A stretch of DNA of 64,000 bases from the NCBI RefSeq assembly GCF_018350175.1, contig NC_058373.1:112408001-112472000 (forward strand). The letters are read 5' to 3'. The notes under the pieces were generated by a model. The model was not told the origin of the DNA. It saw nothing but the letters and a program-made list of their open reading frames with translations, and ran no database searches. A program made the position numbers and the translations under genes. Positions 10,921-23,935 of this stretch are shown here, piece by piece. Source of the DNA: Felis catus. Its lineage: Eukaryota. The stretch's first letter is position 1. Each line of letters starts with the position of its first letter.

Positions 10921-12415
10921 TACTATTATTTATTTAGCAAGTACTTATTTTTTAAGATGAGAGTGGCATTCTCTTGTGACTATAATTTAGGTAGAAGTCC
11001 CTAGGGAACAGCTTTTAAATGATATAAAGCACAGAAAGCACTTTGGTGTGAGATATATAGGAATCATTCAATAAATAGTTTTTATTTATTTGTATTTTGC
11101 TATTCCTCATGTTACTTTATCTCAAAGGAATAGATTATGCAAATTTCTTTTATTATAATCCTCTCTGTGATTCAAACATTGTAGCTAGGCAGAATCAGGG
11201 AAGTAACTATGGAACAATAATTATTTAAAATCAGATAGAGGAAGTGAATATCAATTAAAATTATTTTTTTCTTGGGTTTTCTCTTTGGAATCAAGGAGTT
11301 GCATTGGTATTCAGTATTAAATGGAAACATGTGTCACAAAGATTCAAAGTAAAAGAAAACACACGTTTTGTTACTTAAAAATGCATTGTAGCTGCTGCTG
11401 GTAAGATATGGCAACATTTTAATAGAGTACAAGGTAATATTATAGAAGGAAATCAGAGAGCACATTACCAAGTTTTTTGATACTACAGGAGGAAATTCAC
11501 AGGCACAGAAATTTGACTTTATGTGGAATGTCAGCACGTTAAGAGTTAATTCCTCAGACAACACATCTAATCAGAACTTCAGTACTTATGTGATATTCAT
11601 GTGCAGTTTTTGCTAGAATATATTTTAAAATTCATGCTAACCTATTTCATTATTACCCACATGGATATTAAACATTATAAATAAAACCTTTTGGATCCCA
11701 AATTTATTAATCTATGAATAATTAATAACAAATTTGATTCTCTGCTTCAGGTTAGATTTACAGCGTACCTTATTTGTGGTGTTTATCTTCTTGAAAGTTA
11801 TGCTACTTCTGATTAATGAAGGAGTTTCTTCTTTGACCTGCCTGAAGTAAAGAAAAGCAGTATCTATTAACTTGACTTGATCTCCAATCAAGTAAGATAC
11901 CTAAGAAAACATCTGTCTGATAAACCTGGGCATGTGACAGTTTTCCATTTGGAGTAACATTCTGTTGTCAATCTCAATGATTATTTCAAAACACACATTC
12001 TAGGATCATTAGCAAGTTCTCCTAAAGAAACATTGACCCTTCTTTGGTTATGAAAATTATAGATTTTTAAAGGTAAATAAGGCATATATTGTTTAGTACT
12101 ATACATTAAGCTTGTTATCAGATATCATCAATTTAACACATAGATTTAAAAGCACTCTGAATTTGAATTGCATGTTAAACATTGTTGAAACAACTATTAT
12201 GGCATAGTTGACGTTGCCCATGTATGTACAAATTTGGCAATAGCTTTTAATAGTCTTACTTCAGTTGAGTTATATGCATTATTGGCACCACACGTTTTCA
12301 ATTTAACTGCCATTTAAAATGTCTCTTAATGTTGTTTCCTTTGAGACTAATTTAGCTGCTGGTGATTCAGAAAATCTGATCAGTGTGTTTTTTCAGAAAC
12401 AAAATTCTGAAAAAA

Positions 12416-13135
12416 GCCTTGTGCAATGTTCATGGGAATGTAACATGGTGTAGCCACCATGGAAAACAGCATGCATGTTCCTCAAAAGACTAAAAATAGA
12501 AATATACAATCCAGGTATTTACCCAAGGAAAATGAAAACACTAGTTAAAAAAGATCTATACATCCTTGTCTTTATTGCTGTATTATTTACACTAGCCAAG
12601 ATATGGAAGCAACTTGTGTTCTTTGATAGACTAACAGATAAAGAAGATGTGGTATATGTGCACAATGGAATACTACTTAGCCATAATAAAGAATGAGATC
12701 TTGCTATTTGCAGCAACATGGATGGATCTAGAGGGTGTTATGCTAAGTGAATTATGTCAGAGACAGATGCCTTGTGATTTCACTTTTATGTGGAATCCAA
12801 AAAGTGAACAAACAACAACAAAAGAAAAAAATAGACTCATAAATATAGAGAACAAACTAGTGGCTGCCAGAGGGGAGGACAACTGGAGGCATAGGCAAAT
12901 AGATGACAGAGATTGAGAGGTACAAATTTCATTATAAAATAAATGTTACACATATAAAAAGTACAGCATAAGGAGTTAGTCAATAATATTGTAACAGCTT
13001 TGTCTGGTGACAGATGGTAGTTACATTTATCATGATAAGCATTTTGTAATATATAAAATTGTTGAATCGTTGTACACCTGAAACTAATATAATGTCTATA
13101 ATATTGTACTTCAGTTAAAAAGTAAAAAAAAAAAA
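12416..13135 (+). mobile_element. 5'-truncated L1 3' end with poly(A)
   Basis: Peptide EYYLAIIKNEILLFAATWMDLEGVMLSE; poly(A) ~13116-13138; TSD AAAA(T/G)TCTGAAAAAA. Confidence 0.92.
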
Positions 13136-14055
13136 AAAGTCTGAAAAAATGGCCATTTTCTTGCTCCAAACTGCAAAACATTTTCAGTTTTAGATTTAGA
13201 GCACCACTTAGAATGACCAGGCAATGACTTATTTTCATTTCTACACCATCCATTTCCTTCCTATCACCTGTGTACGCTTACCTTCAGTTTTTGTTCCACT
13301 TTACAAGCCACATCCAATACATTTTAGCACAAAATCATAAAAGATGAAAAAAAAGTATCACATATGCTTTTAGCAAAATGGGATGACCCAGGTTTTTGTT
13401 GCAAAACATAGTGATGGAGTCCTTCCTGTTGGACTAACTGGATGAGAATATGATTATTTGCTTTTTGTTATCAGAAATTATTTTCTCAATTATTCTTGAG
13501 AAAATGCATCTAGCATAGTGTGTCATCTGAAGATTGTTAGAATTTGCTTGTAAGATCAACTTTAGCATCAACATCGGTTTACAGTATTGCTGTACAGGCA
13601 TTCATTTTGTGACTTGGCTGGTAATCGTGAAAGTCTCCTTTGCCAAGTTTTGTATCTTTTCCATTATGGGCAGAAAATAAAAAGTTCTGAATTCTCAGTT
13701 GTGTTCAATGAAAGCTAAAAGCAGACCACAAGTATGGGTTCCTGGCCTTTTATAGTTTTTGAAAAATGATGCAATACTTTGGGCAACTTGGTAAGAAAAG
13801 TAAAGGATGATGCAGTAGTGACTATTGATTAAACTATTGCATCGCCTTTTTAGTTAATTGCATTAGTCTTCCATTTTGTTATTAATTTAATTTTTAAGGA
13901 TAGTTGGAAATTGATGAAAGGACTGATGAAAATGATGAAATAATTCAAAGAAATTCAAAATAGAGGAAAAATAAGAATTCTGTGATACCAATATACATCT
14001 TAGACTTATGAAGGGACCCAACAGATCTATATGGTAATCACAAAGTTAAAATGAT

Positions 14056-14457
14056 TTTTTTAAATACAAATCTGGTTATTCAATATATAGTGTAATAATG
14101 ATTTCAGGAATAGAATTTAGTGATTCATCACTTACATATAACACCCAGTGTTCATCCCAACAAGCACCTCCTTAATGCCTCTTGTCCATTTAGCCCATCT
14201 CCTCACCCAACACCCTGCCAATAACCCTCAGTTTGTTCTCTGTATTTAAGAATTTCTTATGGTTTGTCTCCTTCTGTTTTTATGTTATTTTCTTCCTTTC
14301 CCTTATGTTCACCTGTTTTGTTTCTTAAATTTCACATGAGTAAAATCATATATTTGTCTTTCTCTCACTTATTTTGCTTAGCATAATACACTGTAGTTCC
14401 ATCCATGTTGTTGCAAATGGCAAGATTTCATTCTTTTGGGTTGCCGAGTAATATTAC

Positions 14458-14494
<37 letters not shown>

Positions 14495-17400
14495 CACATC
14501 TTCTTTATCCATTCATCCATCGATGGACATTTGGGCTCTTTCCATACTTTGGCTATTGTTGATAGTGCTGCTATTATGTGCCCCTTTGAATCAGCACTCC
14601 TGTATCCTTTGGATAAATACCTAATAGTGCAATTGCTGGGTTGTAGGGTAGTTCTATTTTTAATTTTTTGAGACACTACTGTTTTCCAGAGTGTCTTCAC
14701 CAGTTTGCATTCCCACCAGCAGTGCAAAAGGGTTCCTCTCTTTCTCCACATCCTTGCCAACATCTGTTGTTGCCTGAGTTGTTAATTTTAGCTATTCTGA
14801 CAGGTGTGAGGTGCTATCTTGTGGTTTTTGATTGGTATTTCCCTGATGATGACTAATGTTGAGCATATTTCCATGTGTCTGTTAGTCATCTGGATGTCTT
14901 CTTTGGAAAAGTGTCTGTTTATCTATTTTGCCTATTTCTTCACTGCATTATTTCTTTTTTGGGTGGTGACTTTGATAAGTTCTTTATATATTTTGGATTC
15001 CAGCCCTTTATTTGGTATGTCATTTGAAAATATCTTCTCTCATTCCATTGGTTGCCTTTAGTTTTGGTGATTGTTTCCTTCGCTGTGCAGAAGCTTTTTA
15101 TCTTGATGAGGTCCCAATAATTCATGTTGGCTTTTGTTTCCCTTACCTCTGGAGACATATCAAGTATGCACTTGCTGTGGCCGAGGTCAAAGAGATTGTT
15201 GCCTGTTTTCTCCTTGAGGATTTTGATGGCTTCCTGTCTTATGTTTAGGTCTTTCATCCATTTTGAGTTTATTTTGGTGTATGGTGTAAGAAAGTGGTCC
15301 AGGTTCGTTCTTCTGTGTGTTGTCCAGTTTTCCCAAAAGAGACTGTCTTTATTCCATTGGGTATTCTTTCCTGCTTTGTCAAAGATTGGTTGGCCATACA
15401 TATATGAATCCATTTCTGGGTTCTCTGTTCTGTTCCACTGATCTATGTGTCTGTTTTTGTGTCAGTACCAGACTGTTGTAATGATTACAGCTTTGTAAAA
15501 CAGCTTGAAGTTGGGAATTGTGATACCTCCAGCTTTGGTTTTCTTTTTCAGGTTTGCTTTGGCTATTCAAGGTCTTTTCTGGTTCTGTACAAATTTTAGG
15601 ATTGTTTGTGCTAGCTCTGTAGAGAATGCTCTTGTTATTTTGATAGGGATTGCCTTGAACATGTAGATTGCTTTGAGTGGTATTGACATTCAAAAAATAT
15701 TTTTTAATGTATATATATTTTTGAGAGAAAGAGAGAGAGAGTGAGAGTGTGAGCAAGCAAGGGAGGGGCAGAGAGAGAAGGAGACACAGAATCCACAGCA
15801 GGTTCCAGGCTCTGAGCCGTCAGAACAGGGCCTGATGTGGGGCTCGAACTCATGAACTGTGAGATCATGACCTGAACTGAAGTCAGAGGCTTAACTGACT
15901 GACCAGCCAGGTGCCCCATCAACATCTTAACATTTGTTCTTCCAGTCCATGAGCATGAAATGTTTTTTCCAGTTTTTTGTGTCTTCTTCGGTTTCTTTCA
16001 TAAGCTTTCTGTAGTTTCCCATGGATAGATTTTTCACCTGTTTGGTTAGATTTATTCCTAGGTATTTTATGGGTTTTGGTGAAATTATAAATGGATTGAT
16101 TCCTTGATTTCTCTTTCTGCTGCCTTGTTGTTGGTATATACAAATGCAATTGATTTCTATACATTGATTTTATATCCTGCGACTTTGCTGAAATCATGTA
16201 TCCGTTCTAGCATTTTCTTTTGGTGGAGTCTTTTGGGTTTTCCACATGGAGTGTCATGTCATCTGCAAGGAGCGAAAGTTTGACTTCCTCCTTGCTAGTT
16301 TGGATGCCATTTATTTCTTTGTGTTGTCTGACTGCTGAGGCTAAGACTTCCAACAGTATGTTGAATAACATTGGTGAGAGTGGACATCCTTGTTGTGTTC
16401 CTGACCTTAGGAGAAAAGCTCTCATTTTTTTCCCATTGAGGATGATATTAGCAGTGGGTCTTTTATATATGGCCTTTATGATCTTGAGGTCTGATCCACC
16501 TATCCCTACTTTCTTGAGAGTACTTATCAAGAAACGATGCTGTATTTTGTCAAATGCTTTTTCACCATCTATTGAGAGTATCACGTGTTTCTTATCCTTT
16601 CTTTTATTAGTGTGATGCATCACATTGATTGACTTAGGATATTGAATCAGCCGTGCATGCATCCTAGGACTAAATCCCACTGATTGTAAATAATTCCTTT
16701 ATTGTATTGTTGGATCCAGTTTGTTAGTATCTTGTTGAGGATTTTTACATCCGTGTTTATCAGGGAAATTTGTAGTTCTCCTTTTGGGTGGGGTCTTTGT
16801 CTGGTTTTGGAATCAAGGCAATGCTGGCCTCCTAGAGTGATTTTGGAAGTTTTCCTTCCGTTTCTATTTTTTGGAACAGCTTCAAGTAAATAGGTATTAA
16901 CTCTTCTTTAAATGGTTGGTAGAATTCCTGTGGGAAGCCATTTGGCCCTGGGCTCTTGTTTGTTCGGAGATTTTTTATTACTAATTCAGTTTTTCTTTAC
17001 TGGTTATGGGTCTGTCCAAATTTTCTATTTCTTTCTGTTACAGATTTTGTAGTTTATATATTTCTAGGAATTTGTCATTTCTTCCAGATTGCCAATTTGT
17101 TGGTATATAATTGCTCATAAAATTCCCTTATTATTGTTTGTATTTCTGTGGTTTTGGTTGTCATCTCTCCTGTTTCATTCATTTATTTGCGTCCTTTCCT
17201 CTTTCTTTTTGATCAAACTGGCTAGGGATTTATCAATTTTGTTAATTCTCTCAACGAACCAGCCCTGGTTTCATTGATCTACTGTTGGATGGATGGATGG
17301 ATGGATATCATTGATTTTTGTTCTAATCTTTATTATTTCCCTTCTCCTGCTGGTTTTGGGATTTTTTGTTGTTCTTTTTCCAGCTCTTTTAGGTATAATG

Positions 17401-20400
17401 TTAGGTTGTGTATCTGAGACCTTTCTTCCTTCTTTAGAAAGGCCTGGATTGCTATATACTTTCCTCTTATGACCACCTTTGCTGCATCCCAGAGATTTTG
17501 GCCTGTTGTGGTTTCATTTTGATTGGCCTCCATGTAAATTTTTAATTTCCTCTTTAATTTCTTGGTTAACCCATTAATTCTTTAGTAGGGTGTTCTTTAA
17601 TCTCCAAGCATTCATGGTCTTTTCACATTTTTTCTTGTGGTTGATTTTGAGTTTCATAGCGTTGGGGTTTGAAAATATGCAATGTACGATCTTGATCTTT
17701 TGTACTTGTTGAGGGCTGATTTGTGACCCAGCATGTGATATTCTGGAGAATGTTCTATGTGCACTTGAGAAGATTGTGTATTCTGCTGCTTTAGCATGAA
17801 ATGTTCTGAATATATCTGTAAGTGCATCCGGTCCAGTATGTCATTCAAAGTCATTGTTTCTTTGTTGATTTTCTGTTTACATGATCTGTTCGTTGTTGTA
17901 AGTGGGGTGTTGAAGCCCCCTACTATTATGGTATTATTATCAATAACCTTCTTTACATTTGTGATTAGTGGATTTATATATTTGGTTGTTGCCACTTTGG
18001 GGGGCATAAATATTTACAATTGTTCAATCTTATACGTGGATAGACCCCTTAATTACAATATAATGCCATTCTTCCTCTCTTGTTCCAGTCTTTATTTTAA
18101 AATCTAGTTTGTCTGATATAAGTATGGCTACTCCAGGTTTCTTTTGATGACCATTAGTATCATAGATGGTTCTCCATCCACTTGCTTTCAATCTTTTTAG
18201 ATCTAAAACAAGTCTCTTGTAAGTAGCATATAGATGGGTCTTCTTTTATTATCTATTTTGATACCCTTGGTTTTTTGATTAGAGCATTTAGTCCATTGAC
18301 ATTTAGAGTGAGTACTGAACGATATTAATTTAGTGCCATTTTGTTGCCTGTAGAGTTGGGTGTTTCTGGTGATGTTTTCTGTTCCTTTCTAGTCTTTGTT
18401 GCTTTTGCCCTTCCTTTCTAGTCTTTGTTGCTTTTGCTCTTTTTGTTTTGTTTTGTCTTTTCTCCACTCAAAGAGTCCCCCTTAAAGTTTCTTGCAGGAC
18501 TGGTTTAATGGTCACAAACTCCTTTAGTTTTTGTTTGTCTGGGAAACTATTTCTCCTTCTATTTTGAATGACAGCCTCCTGGATAAGGAATTCTTGGCTG
18601 CATATTTTTCCATTTCAGCGCGTTGAATATATCCTGCCACTCCTTTCTGGCCTGCCTAGTTTGCTTGGGTAGGTCTTCTCCAAACCTGATCTGTCTTCCG
18701 TTATAGGTTAAGAACGTTTTTCCTATGCTGTTTTCATAACTCTTTTCTTCTCTGTGTATTTTGTGAATTTGACTGCAATATGCCTTGGTGGTAGTTGGTT
18801 TTCATTTAATGGGAATACTCTTTGCTTCTTGGATTTTGATGTTTATGTCCTTCACCAGATTAGGAAGGTTTTCTGGTATAATTTGCTCACATAAATCTTC
18901 ATTTCCCTTGTCCCCTTGTCTGATTTAGATGTTAATCCCGTTTTAATAAGTCACTGAGTTCTCTAAGTCTTGTATCATAATCTTTTGCCTTTGTTTCCCT
19001 CCTTTTTTTCTGTTTCATTGTTCACCATAATTTTGTGCTTTATATTGTGAATTCGCTGCTCTGCTTCATCCATCTTTGCCATCATGGCATCCATCCAAGA
19101 TTGCATCTCATTCGTAGCATTTTTAATTTCATCCTGACTATATTTTATTTCTTTTATATCCACAGAAAGAGATTCTGTGCTTTTTTCAACCCCAGCTAGT
19201 TTTCTTATTATCTTTGTTTTAAATTTTAGTTCATAAATCTTTCTTATATCTGTGTTAAGCCCCTGGTTGTTGTTTCTTCCTGTTGTTTCTTTTAGGGTGA
19301 ATTCCTTCATTTTGTCATTCTGGAGGAAGAAAGCAATTAACAAAATATACAATACAAATTTTAAAATTATAAATAAAACAAAAAAATCAAAGGAAGCTAG
19401 ATCATAGATGTGTTTTGATCTGCTTGTTGAAAGAAGCTTGATAGAATAGCAAAAAAAAAAAAGAGAAAGAAAAAAAAAGTAAGAGAAAATTTAGTAAATA
19501 AAATTATATATAATAGAGTAAAAGAAAATGAAATAGAATAAAAAATAAAAAACTCAAAGTAAAAAAAATAAAAATAAATTTTTCTCTTTCTGTATCCAAG
19601 AAAGAGGAAGAAATAAACGAATGAAAAAAAAAACAATTTAAGCAAAAACAGAAGCAAAAGAAACAGATAAATTAACTAGCAAACAGAATGAAACCCAAAT
19701 GCAGTTATATTCAGTGTCCCCTAGAACTGAAATATGAAGCCCTTTATATTCCATATAATAAGCAGGTGGAGTGACTTGTGCTGGGGATGTGCTTAGAGGG
19801 CGCAGTTGGGCAAGGCTTGGTGTAATGGCTCCGTTCTCCACTAGGTGGTGCTGCTTAGCTTACTGGGATGGATCAGTGTAGTGTGCATGAGTGCACATGG
19901 GAGAGGTGGAAATGGCTTCACCAGCTCCCTAGTCTCTGGCACAGGAACTTCATACTTTCACCGCCCGTGATCAAGCACCCCTCCTTTGTCTCAGGCCTCT
20001 ATCCACTCACCTCTACCCTGTCTGTGTCCAAGCTGTACACCTTCTCCAGAGTTTTATCTCAGATGGGGTTATGTTTCAGAACACCACACTTCAGAGACCT
20101 GCGGCTTGGACCCACGCTTACTCTCTGAGGGAGGGTCTCATTGAACAATGCTTTGGTGCTGGCTTGCCCCAGAAAATGTTTGGGCGATTGCGCAGTGGCA
20201 GGGGTTTGGATATTATGGCAAATCACAGCATACAGTCGGTGTCAGGTTTCACTGCATTCTGGCATCTTTGTCCCAAAAGCAGCAAACATGGTTGCTCTCT
20301 GGGGTCCGCTGGGATCTTTGCCTGTGGGAAGGTTGTATGGACTCTATCAAATGCACTTCAAGCAGGGGAACTGCTTCTCCCTGTGTGACACAGAGACCCC

Positions 20401-20916
20401 TCACACCCTGCTGTCTGCTCCTGGGGATTTGCACTACTTCCTCACCAGAACACCGCCAGGCACTAAGCTCTCAAACTTCAGACTCTGTGTTCCACTGTTT
20501 ATACAATCCTGTGGTATTGAAACACTCTCCTTTCTTCCTGTCATTGGTTTTGGGGAATAGATTTCTTATTTAGTCCCTGCGAATGATTTCACTCTTTCTT
20601 TTTTTCTCCAGCTGCTTTTGGGGGATTGCTTTTCTTGCACGATCCTGATGTGCTGCACTCTCCCCCTTTCTCTTTCTCTGTACTTCCACAAAAACAGCTC
20701 CCTACTCTCTAAGACTCTTATCTTCCCCCTCACCCCTCAATTTACCTGTCTGCACCTCTTACCTGCTGAGTTCTGTGGCTCAAGTTATGCAGATTTTTGT
20801 GTTAATCCTTAGATCAGTTTCCTAGGTGTTCAGAATGTTTTGGTGCCAATCTAGGCTGTGTTTCAGGGACAAGATGAGCTCGGGTCTCTGTGCTGCTCCA
20901 CCATCTTAACTCCTTC
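14056..20916 (-). mobile_element. Full-length, inactivated carnivore LINE-1 (5'UTR, ORF1, ORF2, 3'UTR)
   Basis: 5' start GAAGGAGTTAAGATGG; ORF1 remnant ~18500-19320; ORF2 EN (IIVGGFNTPL) and RT ([16 protein letters not shown]) in broken frames; TSD TAAAATGAT at 14047 and 20917. Confidence 0.96.
15691..15917 (-). mobile_element. Can-SINE nested in L1 ORF2
   Basis: Full SINE body; L1 sequence continues on both sides. Confidence 0.94.
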
Positions 20917-22492
20917 TAAAATGATCTTTTTTTTTTTTTTTTAAAGCAACTTGCTCTTTGCGAGACCTCTAAGAAAGAGAAGAAAGTCATGAAATGTCCT
21001 TAAAAGTTGTTAGACTTCTCCAAAGAAAAAACACAAAACTAAAACAAAGTACTGTAGATCTTGGTATACTGAGGGTAAAGGCCACTAGCTTTCTGATTTC
21101 CCTAGAGAGACATAAGCAAAATTAGCTTCACACTTACCAATGTTCACATATTTTATTTTATATATACTTCCATTATTATACCCATTATATTATACATATT
21201 CACATTTGATTCACTAGCTATACTATATTTCTAGAACTTAGGAAAATACTGTAAATGTGGTATCCCTTCAACTGTTTGTTGAATTAACATTTTCTCATGA
21301 ACTGTTATACTGTCTTATAAAGAAACTAATTCAGTTTCCTTAAACTTGATGGTAGGAATGTCTCTAATAGGGGTTGGATTTAACATAAAAAATAAAATTT
21401 AATTATATTTTAGCTCATTGCTAATCTATATATTACAGGTTGTTATTACCTTACAGTCATATTTCTTGATGAGATAAAATTGTAATCTGATTATCGTAAG
21501 AAAAATACTTAATTCATGAAATCTGTTAACGTTTCATGTTTGTTATATTAAGGCAGAAAGATAATAAGTTAGAATTTTAAAATCCGAGTTACATATTGGT
21601 GAGGATTTTATACTTTATCCTAAATGAATTGGAATAACATTAGAGCATGGCCATGTATAACCTGCTAAGTCAGATGATATCCCATGTTCAAAATCTTAAT
21701 ATCAATATCCAGTGAATTAAAGAACTAAGCAAGATAAAGCAACAAACAAAAAGGACTTTGGAGGAAACAATCATTGTGAGAAACAGAAGAATATTTTTTA
21801 AAAAAATATTTACCACGATCAAGTGGGACTTATTCTAGGGATGCAAGGGTGGATCAGTGTATGCATATCAATCAAAGTGATACATCACATTAAAAAGAAG
21901 AAGGCTAAAAACCATATATAGTCATCTCAGTAGATGTAGAAAAGGCATTTGACAAATTTAACATCCATTTGGGATAAAAACTCTCAACAAAGTGTATAGA
22001 GATGGAATATGCCACAACATAATGAAGGCCACATGTGAAACCCATAGCTGACATCATACTCAGTGGTGAAGCACTATGAGGATTTTCTCTAAGATCAGGA
22101 AAAAGACACGACACTCTCACCTCTTTTCAACAGAATTCTGGAATCTCTAGCCATGACAGACAAGAAAAAGAAATAAAAAGCATCCAAATTGATAAGGAAG
22201 AAATAAAATTGTCACTATCTGCAGGTGACTATATATAGGATTTAAAGACTATCAAAAAACTATTAAATTAATAAATGAATTCAGTAATGTTGTGGGATAC
22301 AAAATCAATATACGGGAATCTGTTCCATTTTCATACAGTAATAACAAAATAGTAGAAAAACAAGCAAACATTCCATTTATAGTTTCATTAAAATGAATAA
22401 AGCACCTAAAAAAATTTAATAGGTAAAAGACCAATACTCTGAAAATGTTATGACATTGATGAAAGAAGCCAAAGACAGAAATAAATGGATAT

Positions 22493-22619
22493 TTATGATA
22501 TATAAATATTAATATCTATATTTATATTTATATAAATTTATATTTATATATAATATATATTTATATGTATATATTTGTATACACATATAAATCAATATAA
22601 ATAAAAATAAATATAAATA
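22493..22619. repeat. AT-rich low-complexity block
   Basis: Almost pure A/T; interrupts L1 ORF2. Confidence 0.9.
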
Positions 22620-22850
22620 GGGGCGCCTGGGTGGCGCAGTCGGTTAAGCGTCCGACTTCAGCCAGGTCACGATCTCGCGGTCCGTGAGTTCGAGCCCCGC
22701 GTCAGGCTCTGGGCTGATGGCTCAGAGCCTGGAGCCTGTTTCCGATTCTGTGTCTCCCTCTCTCTCTGCCCCTCCCCCGTTCATGCTCTGTCTCTCTCTG
22801 TCCCAAAAATAAATAAACGTTGAAAAAAAATTTAAAAAAAAAAAAAAAAA
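22620..22850 (+). mobile_element. Very young SINEC_Fc-type SINE
   Basis: GGGGCGCCTGGGTGGCGCAGTCGGTTAAGCGTCCG with CpGs intact, long A-tail; TSD AAATATAAATA. Confidence 0.98.
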
Positions 22851-23935
22851 AATATAAATAAATGGATATACCATTCTCATGGATTGGAAGAATTAATATT
22901 GCACAAATCTCCATACTACCCTAAGCAATCTGCAGGTTCAGTGCAATGGCTATCAAAATACCAATAGTCTTTTTCACAGAACTAGAACAAATAGTACTAA
23001 AATTTGTAGCGAACCACAAAAGATTCCTAATAGCTATAGCAATCTTGAGAAGGAAGGACAAAGCTAGAGATACCAGAATTCCATATTTCAAACTATACTA
23101 CAAAGCTGTAGTAACCAAACCAGTATGGTACTGACACAAAAACAGATGCACAGATCAATGGAATAGAATTGAGAGTCCAGAGAGATACACTCATGCTTAT
23201 ATGGTCAATCTGTGACAAAGGAGGAAAGAGTATACAATTGGGGAAAAGATAGTCTTTTCAATAGATGGTGCTGGGAATACTGGGCAGGTATGTTCAAAAG
23301 AATAAAATTGGACCACTTTCTTACATTATGTACAAAAATGAACTAAAGATCTAAATATAAGACCTGAGACAATAAAAATCCCAAAAGAAAACATAGGCAG
23401 TAATCTCTTGGACATTGGATATGTTTTTTTGTAGGCCAGGAAGACAAAAGCAGAAATAAACCTGGACTATATCATAGTTTTTATACAGTTAAGGAAATCA
23501 TCAATAAAACAAAAAGGCAATTTAGTGAATGGGAGAAGATATTTGCAAATGATTTATCCAGGAAGGGTAAATTTCCAAAATGTATAAAATCATACAACTC
23601 ACCACCAAAGAAATTCTAAACAATTTGACTAAAAACTGGGTGGAGGATATGTATAGACGTTTTTCCAAAGAAGACAAACAGATGGCCAACAAGTATACAA
23701 TAAATGCTCAACATCACTAATCATCTGGGAAATGCAAATTAAAACCACAATGCGACACCACTCCATAGCAGTCAGAATGGCTAGTATCAAAAAGATGAGA
23801 TAATGAGAATGTGCAGAAAAAGGAACCTGTGTGTACTATTGGGGGGACTGTAAACTGGTTCAGCCTCTATGAAAAAAATATGGCAATTGCTCAAAAACTG
23901 TCACCTGATCCAGCAATTCCATCTGGATGTTTATC

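Larger units (their letters stand above)
21805..23935 (+). mobile_element. L1 ORF2 segment (RT region to C-terminus) without 3'UTR
   Basis: HDQVG..EKAFDK motifs; peptide [22 protein letters not shown]. Confidence 0.9.

Noticed and set aside
21132..21240. Perfect minus-strand donor TTG|GTAAGT
   Set aside because: Upstream sequence is low-complexity with nearby stops, and there is no convincing acceptor.
22620..22705. tRNA-like A/B-box sequence
   Set aside because: Head of a tRNA-derived Can-SINE, not a tRNA gene; the same applies to the other copies.
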